Assembly: GCA_963708075.1 (NCBI GenBank)
Contig: OY970194.1
Coordinates: 6,816,001 to 6,880,000, forward strand
Length of the DNA stretch: 64,000 bases
Direction of reading: 5' to 3'
From: Sedimentisphaerales bacterium
GTDB taxonomy: Bacteria > Planctomycetota > Phycisphaerae > Sedimentisphaerales > Anaerobacaceae
This document shows positions 19,973 through 30,993 of this stretch, in pieces (positions within the stretch are counted from its first letter, which is position 1; the number at the start of each line of letters is the position of its first letter). The translations under genes and the position numbers were made by a program. The notes beneath the pieces are model-generated. The model did not search any database. It was given only the letters and a program-made list of their open reading frames with translations, and was not told the DNA's origin.

Positions 19973-20496
19973 GCGAATTCCTCTTGGCTGATGGTCTTAC
20001 GAACGCATCGAAGCAGCGCGTCGTGGATTCGGGCGATCCTCTTGTAGATGCCCTGAATGGACCGGCCCATCTGTTCGGCAATGCTCTTGACGCTCGCTTC
20101 GTCCCGGTACCGCAGGCAAATCAACTCGTAGTCCTTCTGACTGAGCTTATCGATGCAACTGCGCAGGGCCTGCATCCGGCTGTCGGTCTGCTCGATGAAC
20201 GGCTCGGACTCATCGTGGAGCAGGTCCATGGCCGCCTGGCTCAGGAGAATGCTTCGCGTGGAGTGCCGCTTGCGAACGCTGAGGATTTGATATTTGGCCA
20301 CGGTAATCCCCCACGCTACAAAGCTGGTGCCCCGCACGAAATTATCGAACTTGGACCACATCAGCAGCACCGTTTCCTGGAACAGATCATCCGCGTCCAC
20401 CTGGTTGGGAACCATCGCCAGGATAAAGGCATAGATCCGCTTCTGGTTTGCCATGAGCAACCGCAGAAACTCGTTTGTCTTCGAAGACTCAGTCAT
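19969..20496 (-). CDS. ECF sigma-70 factor (Planctomycete/Verrucomicrobia type)
   Basis: QKRIYAFI, DADDLFQET, FVAW, LRSCIDKL...LRY...IAEQMGRS..IYKRIARIHDALLRCV; likely start MTESSK at 20496. Confidence 0.92.
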   Translation of the reverse strand: MTESSKTNEFLRLLMANQKRIYAFILAMVPNQVDADDLFQETVLLMWSKFDNFVRGTSFVAWGITVAKYQILSVRKRHSTRSILLSQAAMDLLHDESEPFIEQTDSRMQALRSCIDKLSQKDYELICLRYRDEASVKSIAEQMGRSIQGIYKRIARIHDALLRCVRKTISQEEFA

Positions 20497-20513
20497 AAAT
20501 CTTTCCGTACGGG

Positions 20514-20543
20514 AATATCCCGAGGGGTGGCAGATTCTACCAC
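20514..20543 (-). promoter_or_regulatory. Candidate ECF promoter, copy 1 (sigma operon)
   Basis: Minus strand GTGGTAGAA-TCTGCCACCCCTCG-GGATATT. Confidence 0.65.
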
Positions 20544-20688
20544 GAAAAACCCTCCTGGTTCGTTTTTTTGCCCTCAGGAGCAAGCAGGAATGCCTTACTC
20601 GGCTCTTCATTGTGCGGGAACAAGACTTCGGCTACAGTGACGGCCAGGATGGGCGGCTGCACCCGTGGCGCCTCAGGGTCGGATAGTC

Positions 20689-20718
20689 TGGGGAGAAAAA
20701 ACCACGAAGACGGATATT
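20689..20718 (+). promoter_or_regulatory. Candidate ECF promoter, copy 2 (CAZyme operon)
   Basis: TGGGGAGAA-AAAACCACGAAGAC-GGATATT, same 14-nt spacer. Confidence 0.55.
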
Positions 20719-20816
20719 CCTTTATAGGAACAACCTGCTGTGGTTGCCGCCCGATCATACGCGCAGGGACTGAACTGACGCCAAATATGCGTAATGGATT
20801 CTCGTGGAGAGATGAG

Positions 20817-22161
20817 ATGGAACGGATGAATCGCAAGGCAGTTCGCCATATTGGCGGATGGACGGGCCCATGCGTGTTGCTTCTAACCATGCCCCTGCTC
20901 GCGCAGCAAGGTGAGCTTCCCCGGTTGCCGCGAGAACAATGGGGAGCCCCGCTGGTCACTGTGTCTCATGCTGGAACCCACTGGATCATCGCAGGCAGGA
21001 CGCAGAAAGTCACCCTTGACGAGAACCGACACGGGGCAGTTCGTCTTCTTGAAGGAGAAGATCGCCCGCGAGCCCCTCGTGGCGCAGTTGATCGGCACGC
21101 CTCACGCGCGGCAGCATGCCCTGCGGAATTACAGGCCCGGCGGGCATCGCTACGACCCGAACAACCCAGACCGGAACTACCGTCTGACAACCTTTGACGA
21201 GCTGGCGAAGCAGCTTCGCGAGATGAAGGCCGGAGGCGTCGAGCGGGCCTGCGTCACGCTGGCAGGCTGGCCCTACCTTGGGTATGACCGCCAGCATCCG
21301 GATGTCTTGCCGCCCGCGCCGGCTGCCGGCGGCTGGGAAGGTTTGAAACGATGGGTCGATACGTGCAAGGAGCTTGGATACATCTATAACCTGCACGATC
21401 AGTACCGCGACTATTACGTGGACGCCCCGTCCTATGATCCGCAGTTCGCCGTCCACGAGGAGGACGCGGTGAGCCGGCCCACGGCTTTTCCCGGCACCCG
21501 GTTCGGGACCTGGAAGGAGGGCTGCATCCCGTTCATGGATTACTGGGATGGTGGCAAGATGGCGTATATGAATGCCCGGCTCGCACTGCCGCACATGGTC
21601 AAGAACTATCAGTTGATGTTCGATCAGGGTATCAAGATGCAGGGCAGCTATCTGGACGTGTTCGGGTATGTGCCTCCGACGGAGGACTTCAATCCGGAGC
21701 ATCCAGTGACGCGGGCCGACTCCATGAAGTGCCGAGCGGAGTGTTTCTATTGGGCTCGCAATAACCTGGGCATCGTCGGCACCGAGGCGGGCGCGGATTG
21801 GGTGGTCCCATACGTGGACTACTCCTCCGACGCGAAGGCGGGCCAATGCATTTCGGCGCCACTGTACAACCTGGTCTATCATGATGCGATCATGACCCCG
21901 GAGGGCGGAACGGGGGACCATCTGCGATGCCTCCTGAACGGCGGCTATCCCAATGTCGGACGCGATGACGAGAGTATGCAGCGGATGCGACAGATCGCGG
22001 CTCTGCACAAGAGGGTTGCCCTGCTGGAGATGACTAATCACGAGTTCCTGGACAAGAACTACCGCAAGGAGCGCAGCACCTTCGCCGATGGCACGACCGT
22101 GACCATCGACAGAGACGCCCGCACATTCGAGATCAAGCCGGCCCTGGAGCTTTCGAAATGA
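20817..22161 (+). pseudogene. DUF5696/GH129-like glycoside hydrolase with apparent internal deletion and frameshift near 21025
   Basis: Signal peptide and N-terminus (...PREQWGAP...KVTLDE) are in one frame. The catalytic-like part (LKEKIAR, GYDRQHPD, LHDQYRDYY, YLDVFG, PLYNLVYHD, TFADGTTV) is in another. Confidence 0.6.
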
Positions 22162-24641
22162 TGGATGGAAAGAGAATTGCCGCCGTACTGATTATCGTCG
22201 TCGGATCGTTGTGCTTCCTGAACGGTCCTGCGGCCCAGACGAGAGCCGCTGAGGCGGGGTTCGACTATCGCAAGCTGGTCTCGCGGGCGGATCTTCATTA
22301 CGACAAGCCGGTGAGTCGAAGCGAAGAGGGGATACCCGTCGGGAACGGTCGTATGGGCAGTCTCGTGTGGACCACGCCGGAGGCGATCAGGTTGCAGATC
22401 AATCGCGTCGATGTGTTCGCCAACGATTCTTACACCACGAGTTTTCCCGCGAGAAACAGCGACTACTGCGGCGGATGCGGATTTGTAGATATCACCTTCG
22501 GAGGGGAGATATTCACAGACGGAAAGATGTCACAGCACCTTTTCTGTTATGACGGTCTGGCTGACGTTCGAGGGGACGGGGTTACGGCCAACGTGCTGGC
22601 GTGGAACGAGCAGGATGTGATGGCCTTCGAGGTCGGCGATACCCGAAAGCAGCCCGCCGCGATAACCGCAACATTGAGGATGCTCAGGGCGCCCGCAGTG
22701 AAGACCGCTGCGCATACGGCCGTCTCGAAAATCGAAGGTCGCGACGGAAGGATCATATTGACCCAGAAGTTCACGGAGGCGGACTATTACTGCGGCTCGG
22801 TCGTGGCGGTCGGTATCGTCGGACGCAAAGCTGATGCGCGTACAGCCAATGAGAGTGAGATTCAGTTGGTTGCCGAGGCGGGAAACGGGTCTTTCACCAT
22901 CCTGATAGCCAGTGCGGCGAGTTTTGATCCAACGGAAGACATCGTTGCGGCGGCGCTCAGGCAACTTGCGGCTGCGGAAGAGAAAGGCTATGTGGGGCTG
23001 GCGGAGTCGAACAAACGCTGGTGGCGCGATTTCTGGTCCAGGGGGTACGTCCGCCTGCACAGCGAAGACGGAATCGCGGACACCATCGAACAGAACTACA
23101 CCTATTATCTCTACGTCATGGCGTCCAGTTCTCGCGGCAAGTTCCCGGCGAAGTTCAACGGGATGATTTGGATTACCGGCGGCGACAAGCGCTCGTGGGG
23201 CGGGCACTACTGGGGGGCGAACCAGGAGTGCATGTACAACGCGCTGCTCCCGGCGAATCGGATGGAACTGCTGGACCCGATGTTCGACATGTACAGCGGC
23301 ATGTATGATTCCTGCTCCGTGGCAGCCCGGCAGCAATGGGGCAGCAAGGGCATTTACATCCCTGAGACGGTGGCCTTTGACGGGCTGGCGAAACTGTCCG
23401 ACGACATCGCGGCGGAAATGAGAGACCTGTATCTGCTGAAGAAGCCCTGGGACCAGAGGAGCGAGCGATTCCTCGCGGCAGCGCGGACCGGCCAGCCCCA
23501 TTCGAGCCGATGGAACTGGATGAGCGGCGGCAAATACGTGGACGGCGTGTGGCAGCCGACCGAACGCGGCGGGGGACCTTACGGGCCCGTGACGCACATA
23601 TTCTCGCGCGGCGCAAAGATCGCATATACATACTGGCAGCGGTACGAATACACGCTGGACAAGACCTGGCTGCGTGACAGGGCCTACCCCATGCTCAAGG
23701 GCGTGGCGGAATTCTATCGCAACTACCCGAACATCACAAAGGACGAGGACGGCAAATACCACATCCACCACGTTAACAGCAACGAGTCCGTCCAGGGCGG
23801 ACGCGATCCGGATGAAGAAATCTCCTCGATCATGGGCATACTGCCGGCGGTCATCAAGGCCTCGGAGATCCTTGGCGTGGACGCCGAGATGAGGCCGGTA
23901 TGGAGAGAGTTTCTGGGCAATCTGGCGCCGCTTGCGACCGGGGGCGACCCGCCTGTCTGGATACGTGCCTTGCCGCCCATCTTTCGCGGCAGCGGCGGCG
24001 GCCGGCCCGACGGCAATACGATGCCGATGTGGTTCTTCGATTTGTGCACGCTCGAAAACGACGATCCCGAGACTATGAAAATTGCCAACGCGACGATGGA
24101 TGGTTACCTGCGCGGTTCGAACACCCGGCCGGGCGTGCTGTCCAAAGTGCCCGTCACGGCGGCGATGATGGGCCGGGCCGATGCCGTGCGCTATCTGCTG
24201 CCCAACCAATTGTCCTTCCCGGACCGCGCGCCGATTCTGGCCAATCGCCTGGACCAGCGCGAGGGCACACAAACAACCAACGCCCAGCGACTCGGCCGGG
24301 TCGCTGACACGCTGCACAACGCGCTGATTCAGAGCGTAGCCGCAGGGCCTGCAAAGGAGCCGGTCATTCGCGTCTTCCCCGCCTGGCCCAGGGAGTGGGA
24401 CGCTGAATTCTCCCTGTTGGCTCGCGGGGCATTCCTGGTCAGCTCTTCCATGAAGGCCGGGAAGGTTGAGTTTGTCCGGATCGAGTCCCAGGCCGGCGGC
24501 GGGTGTCGCCTGCGTAATCCCTGGCCGGGCGTGACGGTCACGTTTGAGCGCAACGGCAACAAAGCACAAAACCTGTCCGACGATCTGTTGAAGTTCTCGA
24601 CGACCAAGGGAGAGGTTATTATGATTCGTCCATCGAGATAA
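22158..24641 (+). CDS. GH95-like (alpha/alpha)6 glycoside hydrolase, secreted
   Basis: Signal peptide; EGIPVGNGRMG, WWRDFW, AYPMLKGVAEFY, IRVFPAWP.EWDAEFSLLARGAFLVSS. Confidence 0.75.
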   Translation: MMDGKRIAAVLIIVVGSLCFLNGPAAQTRAAEAGFDYRKLVSRADLHYDKPVSRSEEGIPVGNGRMGSLVWTTPEAIRLQINRVDVFANDSYTTSFPARNSDYCGGCGFVDITFGGEIFTDGKMSQHLFCYDGLADVRGDGVTANVLAWNEQDVMAFEVGDTRKQPAAITATLRMLRAPAVKTAAHTAVSKIEGRDGRIILTQKFTEADYYCGSVVAVGIVGRKADARTANESEIQLVAEAGNGSFTILIASAASFDPTEDIVAAALRQLAAAEEKGYVGLAESNKRWWRDFWSRGYVRLHSEDGIADTIEQNYTYYLYVMASSSRGKFPAKFNGMIWITGGDKRSWGGHYWGANQECMYNALLPANRMELLDPMFDMYSGMYDSCSVAARQQWGSKGIYIPETVAFDGLAKLSDDIAAEMRDLYLLKKPWDQRSERFLAAARTGQPHSSRWNWMSGGKYVDGVWQPTERGGGPYGPVTHIFSRGAKIAYTYWQRYEYTLDKTWLRDRAYPMLKGVAEFYRNYPNITKDEDGKYHIHHVNSNESVQGGRDPDEEISSIMGILPAVIKASEILGVDAEMRPVWREFLGNLAPLATGGDPPVWIRALPPIFRGSGGGRPDGNTMPMWFFDLCTLENDDPETMKIANATMDGYLRGSNTRPGVLSKVPVTAAMMGRADAVRYLLPNQLSFPDRAPILANRLDQREGTQTTNAQRLGRVADTLHNALIQSVAAGPAKEPVIRVFPAWPREWDAEFSLLARGAFLVSSSMKAGKVEFVRIESQAGGGCRLRNPWPGVTVTFERNGNKAQNLSDDLLKFSTTKGEVIMIRPSR

Positions 24642-24646
24642 TCTTC

Positions 24647-26446
24647 ATGAATAGAACGATCTTTGCCACTCTGATGCTGGGCTTGTTTTCCGTCTCGTCG
24701 ATCCCTGCTGCCGAACTGGAGACGATTGCCGAAAGCGTCGAGCAGCACGATGCCCGCTTGGAATGGTGGCGTGAAGCGCGGTTCGGCATGTTCGTGCATT
24801 GGGGCGTCTACTCTCATCTCGGAGGCGTCTGGCAGGGCAAGCCGGTGCATGGCTACGCCGAGCATATTCAGCGAATGCTCAAGATCCCGATCCCTGTCTA
24901 TCGCGAGCAGGTTGCGGGCAAGTTCAATCCTACCGAGTTCGATGCCGGCGAGTGGATTCGCACGGCGAAAGAGGCGGGGATGGGATACTTCATCATCACC
25001 GCCAAGCACCACGATGGCTTCGCGATGTATGACTCGAAAGTCAGCGAATACAACATCGTCAAGGCCACGCCGTTCGCGCGTGACCCGATGAAGGAACTGC
25101 GGGCTGCCTGCCGCAAGTACGGTGTCAAGTTCGGGTTCTATTACTCGCATGCCTTCGATTGGGGTGACCCGAACGGGCCGGGCAACGATTGGGAATACGA
25201 CAATCCGGGCGGCGACCGCAACCTGCACGGCGGGCGCAACTGGTGGGACGCCAGCCCACACCTGATCCCGAAGATGCGCACCTACGTGGACGGCAAGTCC
25301 ATTCCACAGATCCTGGAGTTGATCAAGAACTATGATCCTGACATTCTCTGGTTCGACACACCGCACAAGCTGCCCGATGCGGAGAACCTGCGGATCTTCA
25401 AGACGGTTCGTGCGGCCGCACCACGAGTGGTCATCAACGGCCGTCTCGTGCGAGGCATGGGCGACTATACGTCGAGCACGGATCGTCCGGCGGAGTTCTA
25501 TCCTATCCAGGGCGATTGGGAAGGCATCCCGACCACCAATGAATCCTACGGCTGGCACCAGAACGATCTTTCGCACAAGCCGGCATCGCATTTCATCCAA
25601 CTGCTCGCCAAGGCGGCGGCCCGTGGCGGCAACATCCTGATGAACATCGGTCCCATGGGCAACGGCCGGTTCGACCCGAAGGACACAGCGATCCTCCAGG
25701 GAATCGGGGTGTGGTGGAAGGTCAACGGCGAGTCGATCCGAGGCACCACGCGGACGCCGCTGCCCGTGCAAGCCTGGGGCGAATCCACCCGCAAAGGCAA
25801 CACGCTCTATCTGCATGTCTTTCATTGGCCTCGCGACGGCGAACTTGTCGTGGGCGGTCTGAAATCCGACGTGAAGAAGGCGTGGTTATTGGCCGATGTG
25901 GACCACACGCCGCTGAAGGTAAGCCGACTGAACCCGCTTGATGTGTCGATCGAAGTGCCTGCCACTGCGCCGGATGCGGCAGATTCCGTGGTCGCAGTGG
26001 AATGCGACGGAGACATCGCGGTTGACTCAACCCGGCTGTTGTCCACGACCGTCGCGGCTGACACGCTGCGCGTGTTCGACGGGCAATTGCACGGCCGTCT
26101 CCGTTTCGGCCCGGGCAAGAAGACCGATGCCTATGTGCAGAACTGGTCGAGTCCCGAGGATTTCATCCATTGGCTGGTGCGGCTCAACGAGCCCGCCACC
26201 TTCGATGTCGTCATTGTGTATGATGCTCCGCCCAAGTCCGAGGGCGGCGCCTTCGGCGTGAAGGTCGGCGAGCACGATCTCCGCGGGACAGTCGGGCAGG
26301 GAGTGGAACAGACCGCCCCGCTGGGAAAAGTGACTCTGGCCCGTGGAGTGTCCGAAATCCGTGTGTACCCACGAGAAATCAAGGGGGATGAGCTGCTGCG
26401 ACTTCGGCGGCTCGTGCTCACGCCCGCCGCCGGCGCGGCGAATTGA
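24647..26446 (+). CDS. GH29 alpha-L-fucosidase with extra C-terminal beta-domain
   Basis: WWREARFGMFVHWG, TAKHHDGF, LWFD, GGNILMNIGP. Confidence 0.92.
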   Translation: MNRTIFATLMLGLFSVSSIPAAELETIAESVEQHDARLEWWREARFGMFVHWGVYSHLGGVWQGKPVHGYAEHIQRMLKIPIPVYREQVAGKFNPTEFDAGEWIRTAKEAGMGYFIITAKHHDGFAMYDSKVSEYNIVKATPFARDPMKELRAACRKYGVKFGFYYSHAFDWGDPNGPGNDWEYDNPGGDRNLHGGRNWWDASPHLIPKMRTYVDGKSIPQILELIKNYDPDILWFDTPHKLPDAENLRIFKTVRAAAPRVVINGRLVRGMGDYTSSTDRPAEFYPIQGDWEGIPTTNESYGWHQNDLSHKPASHFIQLLAKAAARGGNILMNIGPMGNGRFDPKDTAILQGIGVWWKVNGESIRGTTRTPLPVQAWGESTRKGNTLYLHVFHWPRDGELVVGGLKSDVKKAWLLADVDHTPLKVSRLNPLDVSIEVPATAPDAADSVVAVECDGDIAVDSTRLLSTTVAADTLRVFDGQLHGRLRFGPGKKTDAYVQNWSSPEDFIHWLVRLNEPATFDVVIVYDAPPKSEGGAFGVKVGEHDLRGTVGQGVEQTAPLGKVTLARGVSEIRVYPREIKGDELLRLRRLVLTPAAGAAN

Positions 26447-26463
26447 CTGGAAAGGAAACCCTG

Positions 26464-28947
26464 ATGAAGAAGTCGAGTGTTGCATACATTGTGCCCATGA
26501 CGGTAGTTCTTTTGTTGTGGGTGCCCCGCGGCGGCGCCGGCTTGCTGAACGTGGATTACGAGGCGCTTGTCTCGCGGGCGGACCTGGACTACAACGAGCC
26601 TGCGCGCCGGAGCGAGGAGGGAATGCCCGTCGGCAACGGGCGCATGGGCAGCCTGGTCTGGACCTCGCCGACACAGCTCAAGTTCCAGATCAATCGGGTG
26701 GACGTGTTCGCCGCCGACGGCCGGACCGTCAGCTTTCCGGAGGCGGATTCCGATTTTGCCGGCGGTTGCGGCTATGTGGACATCAGTCTGGTCTCGGCCG
26801 GGGAGGACGTGTTTGCCGGTGAGGCGTTCAGACAGCACCTGTCATTATATGATGCGGTTATGACAGCCCGGGGCCGGGGCGTCACGGCACGGGTGCTGGC
26901 TTGGCCCCATCGCGACGTGATGGCCGTCGAAATCGACGATCAGCGAGAGGCGCCGGAGCCGATCAATGTCGATCTTCGCATGCTGCGCTACCAGGTGAAG
27001 CGCGTCACCGGACGCAACTATGAATTGGTGCAACAGCACGCGGTGGAGTTCCAGACAGCTCAACACCGGGCGACCTCCATTCTGGGCATTCGCGACGGCA
27101 GGATCACGTTGACCCAGAAATACCAGGAGGCGTTTAAGGATGCGCCGCCCTTTTATGACGCCTCGGCTGTGGCCATTGGGGTGATCGGGCGAGCGTCCCG
27201 GGCACGCTATCTCAACGATGCGACCGTGCAGTTATCGGCGGCACCAGGCCGGGGCAAGTTCACAGTCCTGATTGCCAGTGCCGCGAGTTTTGATCCGCAA
27301 GCCGATGTGGCCGGCCTGGCGATCACGGAGCTGGAGGCGGCTGTGCCCAAGGGATTTGCCGGACTGCGACAGGAGACGACTGATTGGTGGCGGGACTTTT
27401 GGGCCAAAGGATTCGTGTACATGCACAGCGATTCCCGCCAAGCCGATTTTGTGGAATCCCACTACACCTATTTCCTCTATCTGATGGGCGCCACGTCGCG
27501 CGGGGACTATCCCCCTCACTTCAACGGGATGCTGTGGCGAACCACCGGGGACATGAGCCGGTGGGGATCGCAATACTGGTCGGCCAACACCTTCGCCTAT
27601 TACAGCAATCTGATGCCGGCGAACCGCATCGAATTGATGGAACCGCTGTTCTCGATGTACTTCAAGATGAAGGATGCTTGCGCACGGGCGGCGCAGCAAC
27701 AGTGGGGCTCGCAGGGGATCTGGGTACCGGAGATCTGCTGGTTCAATGGCCCGGAGCCCCTGCCGGAGAATCTGATTCAGGAGTTCCAGGACCTGTTTCT
27801 GGTGCGAAAGCCGTATGAAGCACGCTCCAAGGAGTTCCAGTGGTATGTCGAGACCAAGAACCGCCATGCCTCCCGCTGGAACTTTCAGGCGGACGGCTCC
27901 TGGGATCATGGGCACTTCGTGGTGCCGACCAAGGCTTCGGTACAGCCGGATCGGTTCGGGTCGCCGGAGATCAACGGCATCTTCGGCCACTGCACCCACA
28001 TCATGTCCGTTGCCTCCCGGATCGGCAACACGTTCTATCAGCGTTACCAGTTCACCGGCGACAAAGACTTCCTGCGCTGGAAGGCCTACCCGATCATCAA
28101 AGGCGCCGCCGAATTCTACCGCACCTTCCCCAATTTCCAGAAGGGCCCCGACGGCAAGTACCACATCCATCACGTGAATAGCGGCGAAAGCGCCTGGAAC
28201 TCATCCGACACGGGCAATGAAATGAGCGCCATGCGGATGATCTTCCCGCTGGCGATTCACGTCTCCCAGATTCTGGACGTGGATGCGGACATGCGGCCGG
28301 TCTGGCAAGAGATCATCGACAACCTTCCCGGTTCCGAGAGACGCGACAATCGCGGGTCCAGCAACCGTCGCCCACGTGCCTACGGCTCATTTGTCTATGG
28401 CGGTCCCGGGGCCATCGAGCCGATCGGACCCGAGCCGGAGTTGAAGGCCCGTTTCCTGGGCTTTAACGGGCTGGGCAGCTTCATCGACAGCAAGGGCACC
28501 GGCGGGGCGCAAATCTTCCGCAACCGGATGCGGCTGCGCGAAGGACCCGGCGCCATCGATGCTGAGCACATCGGTGGTCTGGCCATGGGCATCCATCAGA
28601 CAATGCTGGACAGTTCTCCGTCGTCGATCACCAACGACGAGCCGATCCGGATCTTCAGTGACTGGCCGAAGGATTGGGACGCCGCCTTCAGCCTCCTGGC
28701 TCGCGGCGGATTCGTGATCAGCTCGGCGTATCAAGGCGGCAAGGTCCCGCTGGTGGAGATCCAATCTCAGCTTGGCGGCCAGTGCCTGCTGGCCAATCCC
28801 TGGGGCACGGGCGGCGTGACGCTCCACCGCAACGGCAAAAAAGCCGAAGACCTCGCGGGCGAGACACTCACGTTCCCAACCCGGAAGGGTGAGACAATCG
28901 TGGTAGTGCCTGAGGGCACGAAGCCGGCACTTGTGAAGGTGCTGTAG
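26464..28947 (+). CDS. GH95-like glycoside hydrolase, paralog of 22158..24641
   Basis: LVSRADL.Y..P..RSEEGMPVGNGRMG, AYPIIKGAAEFY, WPKDWDAAFSLLARGGF. Confidence 0.75.
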   Translation: MKKSSVAYIVPMTVVLLLWVPRGGAGLLNVDYEALVSRADLDYNEPARRSEEGMPVGNGRMGSLVWTSPTQLKFQINRVDVFAADGRTVSFPEADSDFAGGCGYVDISLVSAGEDVFAGEAFRQHLSLYDAVMTARGRGVTARVLAWPHRDVMAVEIDDQREAPEPINVDLRMLRYQVKRVTGRNYELVQQHAVEFQTAQHRATSILGIRDGRITLTQKYQEAFKDAPPFYDASAVAIGVIGRASRARYLNDATVQLSAAPGRGKFTVLIASAASFDPQADVAGLAITELEAAVPKGFAGLRQETTDWWRDFWAKGFVYMHSDSRQADFVESHYTYFLYLMGATSRGDYPPHFNGMLWRTTGDMSRWGSQYWSANTFAYYSNLMPANRIELMEPLFSMYFKMKDACARAAQQQWGSQGIWVPEICWFNGPEPLPENLIQEFQDLFLVRKPYEARSKEFQWYVETKNRHASRWNFQADGSWDHGHFVVPTKASVQPDRFGSPEINGIFGHCTHIMSVASRIGNTFYQRYQFTGDKDFLRWKAYPIIKGAAEFYRTFPNFQKGPDGKYHIHHVNSGESAWNSSDTGNEMSAMRMIFPLAIHVSQILDVDADMRPVWQEIIDNLPGSERRDNRGSSNRRPRAYGSFVYGGPGAIEPIGPEPELKARFLGFNGLGSFIDSKGTGGAQIFRNRMRLREGPGAIDAEHIGGLAMGIHQTMLDSSPSSITNDEPIRIFSDWPKDWDAAFSLLARGGFVISSAYQGGKVPLVEIQSQLGGQCLLANPWGTGGVTLHRNGKKAEDLAGETLTFPTRKGETIVVVPEGTKPALVKVL

Positions 28948-28957
28948 AATCATATGA

Positions 28958-30961
28958 ATGAAGATGCTAAAGGAGGCCAACGCAATGCGAGTAGAACGTG
29001 CAAGGTATGCAATCACTCTCCTCACAGTTGCCCTGTGTCTAACGGGTCTGAGCTTTGCCCAGGAACGCAGTCGCGGGCAGGGACAGCCAAGGTCCAGACG
29101 CACACAACGGGTGGTGCCGATGAAGGAGGTCCAGGTCGCCAGCCCGGATGGCAAGGTCAAGTTCACCCTTGGTTCAAATCCGGAGCGGCTGACTTATACG
29201 GTCACGCTCGATGACACCAGGGTGATTGAGCCGTCGTCGCTCGACATGAGAGTGGACGGTCATGATCTTTCGTCGGGAGTCATCTTCAACAGCTTGGAAC
29301 AGTACAGCATTGACGAGACCTACCCCTGGCACGGCGTTCACAGCACGGCGGTCAACCGGTGTAACGGCGCCAAGGTGTCGCTCACGCACGACCTGAGCCA
29401 GATGGCCTACGTTCTGGAGGTGCGGGCGTTCAACGACGGCGTTGCTTACCGGCACGTCATTGCGGGTGACGCCAACGCCGTCCGCGTGCCCAACGAGTAC
29501 TCCCAGTTCATTCTCCCGGCCGCCAGCACGGTCTGGTATCACGATCTGGATGGGCATTACGAGGCGGAATATGAACAGAAGGATATCTCTGAGGTGAAGG
29601 CGGGGCAGTGGGCGGGACCGCCGCTGACGTTCCAGTTACCGGGCAATGCCGGCTACGGCTCGATCACGGAGGCCTATCAGGTGAACTATGCCGGCATGGC
29701 GCTGGAATGTGACGGCCGGCACGGCTGGATTGTGGGCCTCGGCCACCGCCATCCGCTCAACTATCCCTTCGAGCTCCGCTACGGCCGCGAGAACGGCAAG
29801 CGCCTTGCCGTCCCGGCGTCCGTCACCGGCACGATCACCACGCCCTGGCGCGTCGTGCTCGTGGCGCGCGACCTCAACGCACTGGTCAACAGCGACATCC
29901 TGCCGAACCTGTGCCCGCCGCACGACCCGAAGTTGTTCCCGCAGGGGATGAAGACGCCCTGGGTCGAGCCGGGCCTGTGCGTGTGGAACTACGTGGACCG
30001 TAATTACGTGGAAGGTGGCGGCAGCAACTCATTCGAGAACATGAAGAAGTTCTCGCAGATGGGCGGCCAGATCGGCGCCAAGTACCACATTCTGGAGGGC
30101 TTCGCGTACGGCTGGCCCGACGACCAGATCAAGGAGTTTGTCGAGTACTCCAGGCAGCAAGGCGTTCGCGTGCTGTTCTGGAGGCACAGCAAAGACCTGC
30201 GCACGCCCGAGGCACAGGATGCTTTCTTCCAGCGGTTGCAGGATCTCGGCGTGGCCGGCGCCAAGATCGACTTCTTCGACCATGAGGCCAAGGAACTCGT
30301 CGATCTCTACGAGACGCTCATCAAGAAAGCCGCCCAGCACCAACTGGTGATCGATTTCCACGGGGCCAACAAGCCCTCCGGCATGCTGCGGACGTACCCC
30401 AACGAGATGATTCGCGAGGGCGTCCGCGGGATGGAATCGAGCGGATTGAAGCAGCGGGCGCGGCACGAGACGATCCTGCCCTTCGCTCGCTACCTGGCCG
30501 GGCCGGCCGACTACACGACGATGATCTTCACCGAGCGACGGCGGGATTCGTCCTGGGCGCACCAGATCGCCTGCCTGGCGACATTCCAGAGCCCGATGCT
30601 CACGATCGCGGCTCATCCGCAGAGCATACTGGACAACCCGGCGGTGGACGTGATCAAGAGCATCAAGGCCGTGTGGGACGAGACGATCGTGCTGCCGGAG
30701 TCGAAGATCGGCGATCTGTCGATCTTCGCGCGGCGCAGCGGCGACATGTGGGTGCTCGCCGTCATGAGCGCGGGCCCGGCCCGGACAATCCAGGTGCCGC
30801 TATCGTTTTTAGGCGACGGCCCGTACAAGGCGTCCCTCGTCCGCGACAACAAGGAGAATTCGGGCGCGGTGGTCCTTGACAACCAGACCCTTCGGCGAAA
30901 CGATACGCTCACCATCGAGATGATCAGTGGCGGCGGCTTCGTCGGCCGCTTCACGAAGTAG
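28958..30961 (+). CDS. GH97 alpha-glycosidase
   Basis: VASPDG, RAFNDGVAYR, TPWRV, GAKIDF, DFHGANKPSG..RTYPN...EGVRGME, RYLAGPADYT, GGGF. Confidence 0.9.
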   Translation: MKMLKEANAMRVERARYAITLLTVALCLTGLSFAQERSRGQGQPRSRRTQRVVPMKEVQVASPDGKVKFTLGSNPERLTYTVTLDDTRVIEPSSLDMRVDGHDLSSGVIFNSLEQYSIDETYPWHGVHSTAVNRCNGAKVSLTHDLSQMAYVLEVRAFNDGVAYRHVIAGDANAVRVPNEYSQFILPAASTVWYHDLDGHYEAEYEQKDISEVKAGQWAGPPLTFQLPGNAGYGSITEAYQVNYAGMALECDGRHGWIVGLGHRHPLNYPFELRYGRENGKRLAVPASVTGTITTPWRVVLVARDLNALVNSDILPNLCPPHDPKLFPQGMKTPWVEPGLCVWNYVDRNYVEGGGSNSFENMKKFSQMGGQIGAKYHILEGFAYGWPDDQIKEFVEYSRQQGVRVLFWRHSKDLRTPEAQDAFFQRLQDLGVAGAKIDFFDHEAKELVDLYETLIKKAAQHQLVIDFHGANKPSGMLRTYPNEMIREGVRGMESSGLKQRARHETILPFARYLAGPADYTTMIFTERRRDSSWAHQIACLATFQSPMLTIAAHPQSILDNPAVDVIKSIKAVWDETIVLPESKIGDLSIFARRSGDMWVLAVMSAGPARTIQVPLSFLGDGPYKASLVRDNKENSGAVVLDNQTLRRNDTLTIEMISGGGFVGRFTK

Positions 30962-30993
30962 TCATCGTCATTCGGTTGAATAGGAGATCGACT

